Of a stretch of DNA of 64,000 nt, positions 59,336 through 64,000 are shown in pieces. Position 1 is the stretch's first letter. The number at the start of each line of letters is the position of its first letter. A model generated the notes under the pieces. That model was not told where the DNA came from, did no database searches, and worked only from the letters and a program-made list of their open reading frames with translations. The stretch comes from an uncultured Candidatus Rokubacteria bacterium (GTDB taxonomy: Bacteria; Methylomirabilota; Methylomirabilia; Rokubacteriales; CSP1-6): positions 393,692 to 457,691 of the forward strand of contig CAWHBD010000002.1 in NCBI GenBank assembly GCA_963827505.1, read 5' to 3'. Both the position numbers and the translations under genes were made by a program.

Positions 59336-61600
59336 CTCACAGGTAGCGGTACTTCCGGCGCAGGCGCAGGCGCACCAGCTCGGCCACGGTGTTGACGACG
59401 AAGGTCAGGCAGAAGAGCAGGAAGGCGGCGAGGAACAGGACCCGGAACAGCGTGCCGCCCTCCGGCGCCTCCGGCAGCTCGACCGCGATGTTGGCGCGAC
59501 AGCGCGCGGAAGCCGTTGAAGATGCTCCAGTCCATCACCGGCGTGTTGCCGGTCGCCATGAGCACGATCATCGTCTCGCCCACCGCCCGCCCGAAGCCGA
59601 TCATGATCGCCGAGAAGATGCCGGGGCTCGCGGTGGGCAGCACGATGCGCAGGGCGGTCTGCCAGCGGTTGGCGCCGAGCGCCAGCGAGCCCGCGCGCAG
59701 GTGCTGGGGCACGTTGGCCAGCGAGTCCTCGGCGATCGTGAAGATGATCGGGATCACCGCGAAGCCCATCGCCACGCCCACCACCAGCGAGTTGCGCTGG
59801 TCGTAGGTGAGCCCCAGCGCGGACGAGGAGCCAGCCCCGGTAGTTGCCGGCGAGCAGCCGCGCTCTCGACGAGGCCGCCCAGCGCGAAGGCCAGCCAGGC
59901 GCCCACGACGCACCACCGGCACCAGCAGGAACACCTCGGTGCCGGTCCGGAAGCGGCCGCGGATGCGGCAGCGGCAGCGACTGCCACAGCAGCAGCGCGA
60001 CGAGGATGCACACGGTCAGCGACGAGCGGCAGCAGGAAGAGCCCGGGCACGACCCGCTCGACCATCGGGCGCCAGCCACAGCCCGGCCAGGAAGCCCAGC
60101 ACCACGCTGGGCAGCGCCGCCATGATCTCGACCACCGGCTTCACGTACGCCTTCACCGTCGGGTGCATGAACTCGCTCACGTAGACGGCGGCGAGCAGCG
60201 CCAGCGGCACCGCGAACAGCAGCGCGTAGAACGTCCCCTTCAGCGTGCCGTAGATCAGCGGGCGTCAGGCTGAACTTGGCCTCGAAGTCGTCGGTGCCGC
60301 CGGTCGACTGCCAGACGTACGCCGGGCTGCGAGTACCCCTCGTACCAGACCTTGCCGAACAGCGGTGCCGAGGGTGATCTCCGGGTGCGGGTTGTCGCAG
60401 CGCCCAGTGCGCGAGACGGCCCTGCTCGTCGAGCGTCAGCAGCCCGTCGGCCTTGGGGGCGAACACGACGGCGCGGAGCGCCGCGCCATCGCCGGCACGC
60501 TCGAGCAGCGGTCGTCGCCCGACGTGCCGTAGTTGACGTGCAGGCCTGCCCGCCGGCGTCGACGGTGACGAAGCCCTTGTCGCGGCGCGACGCGGCTCGC
60601 CGCCACGACCCGGGCGCCGTGCGCGGTGAACTGGTGCGATGCGGGTCAGGCGGCGCCTCGCCGCCCGTCGGCGGCGGCACCACCTGCCAGGTCGAGACGC
60701 CACCGGCCTCGGTCGCCGACCACCAGGGTGCGGTCGCCGATCAGGAACTGCAGCAGCGGTGATCGGCGCGCCCGGCCGGCGCCGCCGCCACCGTCTCGGC
60801 CACGCGCGGGGCGCCGCCGTGTCGCGCAGGTCGTAGCGGACGACCTGCCCGCGCGGAGGTGCCGAGGAACAGATCCTCGCCGCGCCCGTCGAGCCGCAGC
60901 GCCGTGATCTCGCCCTCGGCCTCGACCGCCAGGGCCTGGATCGATTCCTCGCGCCGCGGCGCCCCGATCAGCGCCTTCTTCTCGACCACGCGTCTGCACG
61001 ACGAGCTCGCGCGGGACCGACCTGGGCGACCACGATCGGACCGGCGCCGGTGGCGGCCGCCGGCCAGCCGCAGGATCGGCCGCCGCGCGCTCGGGGTCGA
61101 GCGCAGCCGGCGTCGCCGAACTCCTGCTGCGGCGTGAGCACGCGCTGGCCGTCCTTGAAGTCGGCGTCGAACCGGACCTCGAGCGGCACCACGCGGCCGT
61201 CGGAGGTGCCGAGCGCGTGCTGGCCGCGTCCCGTCGTCGGCGACCGCCGTCACCCGGGCGCCCTCGAGCCCGGGCACCGGCACCGGCGGGTAGGCGCCGG
61301 CCACGCGCAGGGGCGTGAACTGCAGCGTGCCCGCCGGGGTGATGGCGTAGGCGATCTCGCGATACTCGTCGACGCCCAGCGGCATCGCCGGCGGCCGGCG
61401 CCGCGCCCGCGAGCCGCCTGCGCCGATCGCGCTCGGCCGTCGGCGGCCTGGAACAGTGGCCACGATCTCGGCCAGCGATCACGAACAGGATGGCCAGGAT
61501 CGACGGCGATGACGACGATCCCGCCGACGCACCACCAGGCGGGAGGCCCAGCGGTCGAGCGAGGATCCGACGCGCCGTCCGGGCCCGGGAGACGGTCAGC
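59336..61600 (-). pseudogene. pstC: Phosphate ABC transporter permease PstC, long form (~750 aa) with ~450-aa N-terminal extracytoplasmic domain; many frameshifts
   Basis: N-terminal TM (ILAILFVIAGEIVATVPG), then a long soluble region (GVDEYREIAYAITPAGTLQFTPLRVAGAYPPVPVPGLEGARVTAVADDG..., KADGLLTLDEQGRLAHWAL...VWQSTGGTDDFEAKFSLTP), then the canonical PstC core: LIYGTLKG..PLALLAAVYVSEFMHPTVKAYVKPVVEIMAALPSVVLGFLAGLWLAP...LTYDQRNSLVVGVAMGFAVIPIIFTIAEDSLANVPQHLRAGSLALGANRWQTALRIVLPTASPGIFSAIMIGFGRAVGETMIVLMATGNTPVMDWSIFNGFRALSANIAVELPEA..TVAELVRLRLRRKYRYL-stop. The 5' end is uncertain. Confidence 0.5.
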
Positions 61601-61650
61601 GGGCGGGCCGGGCAGCCGGCCCGCCCGCTCGAGCGTCGTCGATGGCCACC

Positions 61651-62632
61651 TACTGGACCTTGTTCAGCTCTTCCTTGGCGATCGGGGCCGGGATCGGGAA
61701 GTAGCCGTCCTTGACGACGACCTCCTGGCCCTCCTTGCGACAGCATCAGCTTGCACGAACTCCCGGGTCAGCGGATCCAGCGGCTTGCCGGGCGCCTTGT
61801 TGACGTAGACGAACAGGAACCGGGCCAGCGGGTAGGCGCCGCTGTAGGCGTTGTCGGCGGTCGCCTCGATAGCACTTGCCGCCGTCCTTCTCGGCGAGCG
61901 GCACCGCCCGGACCCCGGCGGTGGCGTAGCCGATGCCGCTGTAGCCCATGGCGAACCGGTCGACCGTGACGCCCTGCACCACCGAGGCCGAGCCCGGCTG
62001 CTCCTTCACCTCGTCCTTGAAGTCGCCGTTCTTGAGCGCGTGCTCCTTGAAGAACCCGTAGGTGCCGGAGGCCGAGTTGCGGCCGTAGAGGCTGATCGGG
62101 CTTGGCGGCCCACTCGCCGGTGAGGCCGAGCTGGCCCCAGGTCTCGACGTCATCCTTCGCGCCGCGGCGGCGCGACTTCGAGAACACCGCGTCCACCTGG
62201 GCGAGGCTCAGGCACTTGATCGGGTTGTCCTTGTTCACGAAGACCGCCAGCGCGTCGACCGAGGTGCGGATGCGCCGTCGGCTTGTAGCCGTACTTCTTC
62301 TCGAACTGGTCGATCTCGGTGCCCTTCATCTCGCGCGACATCGGGCCGAGCTGGGCGGTGCCGGCGATGAGCGCCGGCGGCGCCGTGGACGAGCCCTTGC
62401 CCTCGATCTGGATCTTGGCGTTCGGGTAGAACTTGCTGAACTGTCTCGGCCCAGAGGGTCATCAGGTTGTTGAGGGTGTCGGAGCCGATGCTCGAGATGT
62501 TGCCGCTGACGCCGCTCGTCGCCTTGTACGCCGGCAGGCCCGGATCCAGCTTGGACCTGGGCGCGACGGCGACGCCGCCGAGCAGCAGCACGCGACGCGG
62601 CCATCGCTGCGAGACTTCCACGCATTCTTCAT
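61651..62632 (-). pseudogene. pstS: Phosphate ABC transporter substrate-binding protein PstS, about 5 frameshifts
   Basis: GAGGAGAGAACAGAG precedes [57 protein letters not shown].. [24 protein letters not shown].. [122 protein letters not shown].. C-terminus ..ELNKVQ-stop. Confidence 0.6.
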
Positions 62633-62696
62633 CTCTGTTCTCTCCTCGTGTGTGGTCTGCATGGTCCCGTGCCGGCGTTGCGGGGCGGTGACAGGC

Positions 62697-62714
62697 GTGT
62701 TACGGTTGTGTTAC
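62697..62714 (-). promoter_or_regulatory. Pho-box-like direct repeats (two 8-bp units at 11-bp spacing) upstream of pstS
   Basis: On the minus strand this reads CGTAACAC-AAC-CGTAACAC, a direct repeat with one-helical-turn spacing, the architecture of OmpR/PhoB-family binding sites. It lies ~65-80 nt upstream of the pstS ATG and overlaps the last codons and stop of the PhoB-like regulator gene. Confidence 0.4.
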
Positions 62715-63449
62715 GAACGGCCGGGACTCCCGGAAGCGGTAGCCGACTCCCCGCACCGTCTCGATCGCGGGCGTCGGGCAGCCGGGCGGCGGTGAACTTG
62801 GCGCGCAGCCGGGCCACGTGCACGTCCACGGTGCGCGGCTCCACGAAGCCGTCGCGGCCCCAGACGAGGTCCAGCAGCTCCTCCCGGCCGAACACCCGCC
62901 CCGGCGCGCCGACCAGGGTGGCGAGCAGCTCGAACTCCTTGGGCGTGAGCTCGACGGGCCGACCCTTCATCCGGACCTCGAAGCGATGACGGTCGATCTC
63001 GAGGTCGCCGGCCCTGAGCACTGGCGCCTTGCGCTCGGCGCCGTCGGCCCGTCCGCGCCGGACCACCGCCCGCACGCGGGCCAGCAGCTCGCGCGGGCGA
63101 GAACGGCTTGGTCACGTAGTCGTCGGCGCCCATCTCGAAGCCGAGCACCTTGTCGCCTTCCTCGGCCCGGCCGGTCACCATGATCACGGGGATGGCGCGC
63201 GGTCTCGGCGTCCTGCTTGAGCCGGCGGCAGACCTCCCAGCCGTTGAGCTGCGGGACCATGATGTCCAGCAGGATCGACGTCCGGGCGCGCCTCCCGGGC
63301 CTGCTTGAGGGCGTCGGCGCCGTTAGCCGCGACGACGACGTCGTAGCCTTCCTTGCCGAGGTTGTAGCGGATCAGCTCGGCGACGTCCGCGCTCGTCCTC
63401 GACAACCAGCACCCGGCCCAATCCGCGTGTCGACGTGGCGATCTTCATC
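62699..63449 (-). pseudogene. OmpR/PhoB-family response regulator (REC + winged helix), orphan (no histidine kinase adjacent); about 4 frameshifts
   Basis: [51 protein letters not shown] | ..[51 protein letters not shown] | ..[93 protein letters not shown] | ..[21 protein letters not shown]-stop. Confidence 0.55.
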
Positions 63450-63558
63450 GCGGCCGAGTGTCGACCCCGGGGGTTACGGGACGATGACGGCGTCGTAAAT
63501 CTTCGGCGACAGCGACGCGCCGATCCGTATCACTTGGGGATATCTCAGTGGACGGCGG

Positions 63559-64000
63559 TGGACAGCTAGCGAGCGAGCGGGACGGCGCCGACGAACTCGG
63601 TCAGCGCCTGGGCGTGACTGCCGCGATTGCCGGCCAGGAATGCGATCGGGGCGCCGCCCAGGTGCGCGGCCGTCGCGGGAAAGAGCGGGGCGCCGTCGGC
63701 GGTGGTGAGGACACCGCCGGCCTCCAGCAAGACCGGCGCTGCCCCGGCGACGTCCCAGAGCGACGCCCGATGATCGTGGACGAGATCGAGGGCGCCGAGG
63801 GCGACATAGCACAGGTGCAGCGCCGTCGAGCCGAACCGACGTAGCCGGTATCGCCGCAGCCACTCGTCGACGAAGGGCGGCGTGCCGTCCTCCAGGGGCG
63901 TGCGGACCGAGACGAGCGAGCTGCGGGTCAGCGGTGCCGGCCGCGCCCGGAGCGACCGGTCGTTGAGCCACGCGCCCCGCCCGACACAGCCGGTGAAGAG
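63559..64000 (-). CDS. Inositol monophosphatase family protein (SuhB/CysQ-like), C-terminal part; gene continues beyond the 3' window edge
   Basis: Reverse complement translates ...GAWLNDRSLRA...TPLEDGTPPFVDEWLRRYRLRRFGSTALHLCYVALGALDLVHDHRASLWDVAGAAPVLLEAGGVLTTADGAPLFP...IAFLAGNRGSHAQALTEFV-stop. This matches the IMPase C-terminal motifs (GSAALDLCYVAAG, WDVAAG, EAGG). Confidence 0.6.

Noticed and set aside
63450-63560. A lower-GC stretch with GGGGATATCTCAGTGG that superficially resembles a tRNA 5' end
   Set aside because: No T-loop (GGTTCGAATCC-like), no acceptor-stem complement and no anticodon arm could be built. It is just the intergenic promoter region of the PhoB-like regulator gene.

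Overview
This is a high-GC (~70%) bacterial chromosomal window, densely coding on both strands. I found no rRNA, tRNA, CRISPR array, IS element or transposase. Most recognisable content is housekeeping and soil-bacterium accessory metabolism:
- partial ribokinase and a nucleoside hydrolase
- a SelW-like selenoprotein with an in-frame UGA
- an acetyl-CoA hydrolase/transferase
- an SDR-RidA-Old Yellow Enzyme (OYE) operon, MtgA, an esterase and a PQQ-type sugar dehydrogenase
- an amidohydrolase and a tautomerase followed by an SMP-30/gluconolactonase
- a Liv-type branched-chain amino-acid ABC operon
- a metallo-beta-lactamase (MBL)-fold hydrolase fused to a receiver domain
- a salicylyl-CoA-5-hydroxylase-like FAD monooxygenase-OYE fusion with a geranylgeranyl-reductase-like partner
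- an intact 1445-aa Lhr helicase
- a BON lipoprotein, DUF488, an epimerase, a 2-hydroxyacid dehydrogenase, a methyltransferase, MscL, a carbamoyltransferase, GlcG, a dienelactone hydrolase and RluA
- an amidase, a TRAP dctPQM operon, a PDZ protein, a LON-N domain protein and Mrp/ApbC
- flavin reductase, a DegT aminotransferase, a GT1 glycosyltransferase and an MsbA-like ABC exporter
- NadE and a Dpp/Opp-like peptide ABC operon
- a LOG-family protein, a DMT transporter, pstSCAB-phoU with an orphan PhoB-like regulator, and a partial inositol monophosphatase.

Three things stand out.
1. A 75-codon SelW/Rdx-family gene carries an in-frame TGA inside a CxxU motif, with a candidate SECIS hairpin 13 nt downstream.
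2. There are at least three families of long-hairpin intergenic elements. One pair sits between convergent genes. One pair begins exactly at the stop codon of the last permease gene of two different transporter operons. In both pairs the stems differ between copies but stay complementary (compensatory changes). I do not recognise either family as a known RNA or repeat.
3. Frameshift disruptions are strongly clustered, at several per kb, in particular genes. All five transporter operons are hit, along with many biosynthetic genes. The interspersed genes, about 30 kb in total, are perfectly intact. This is either an indel-prone assembly or mass pseudogenisation.

Coordinates for frameshifted genes are approximate (about ±10 nt). 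The supplied ORF track contains many long spurious ORFs, typical of 70% GC DNA; I rejected those.
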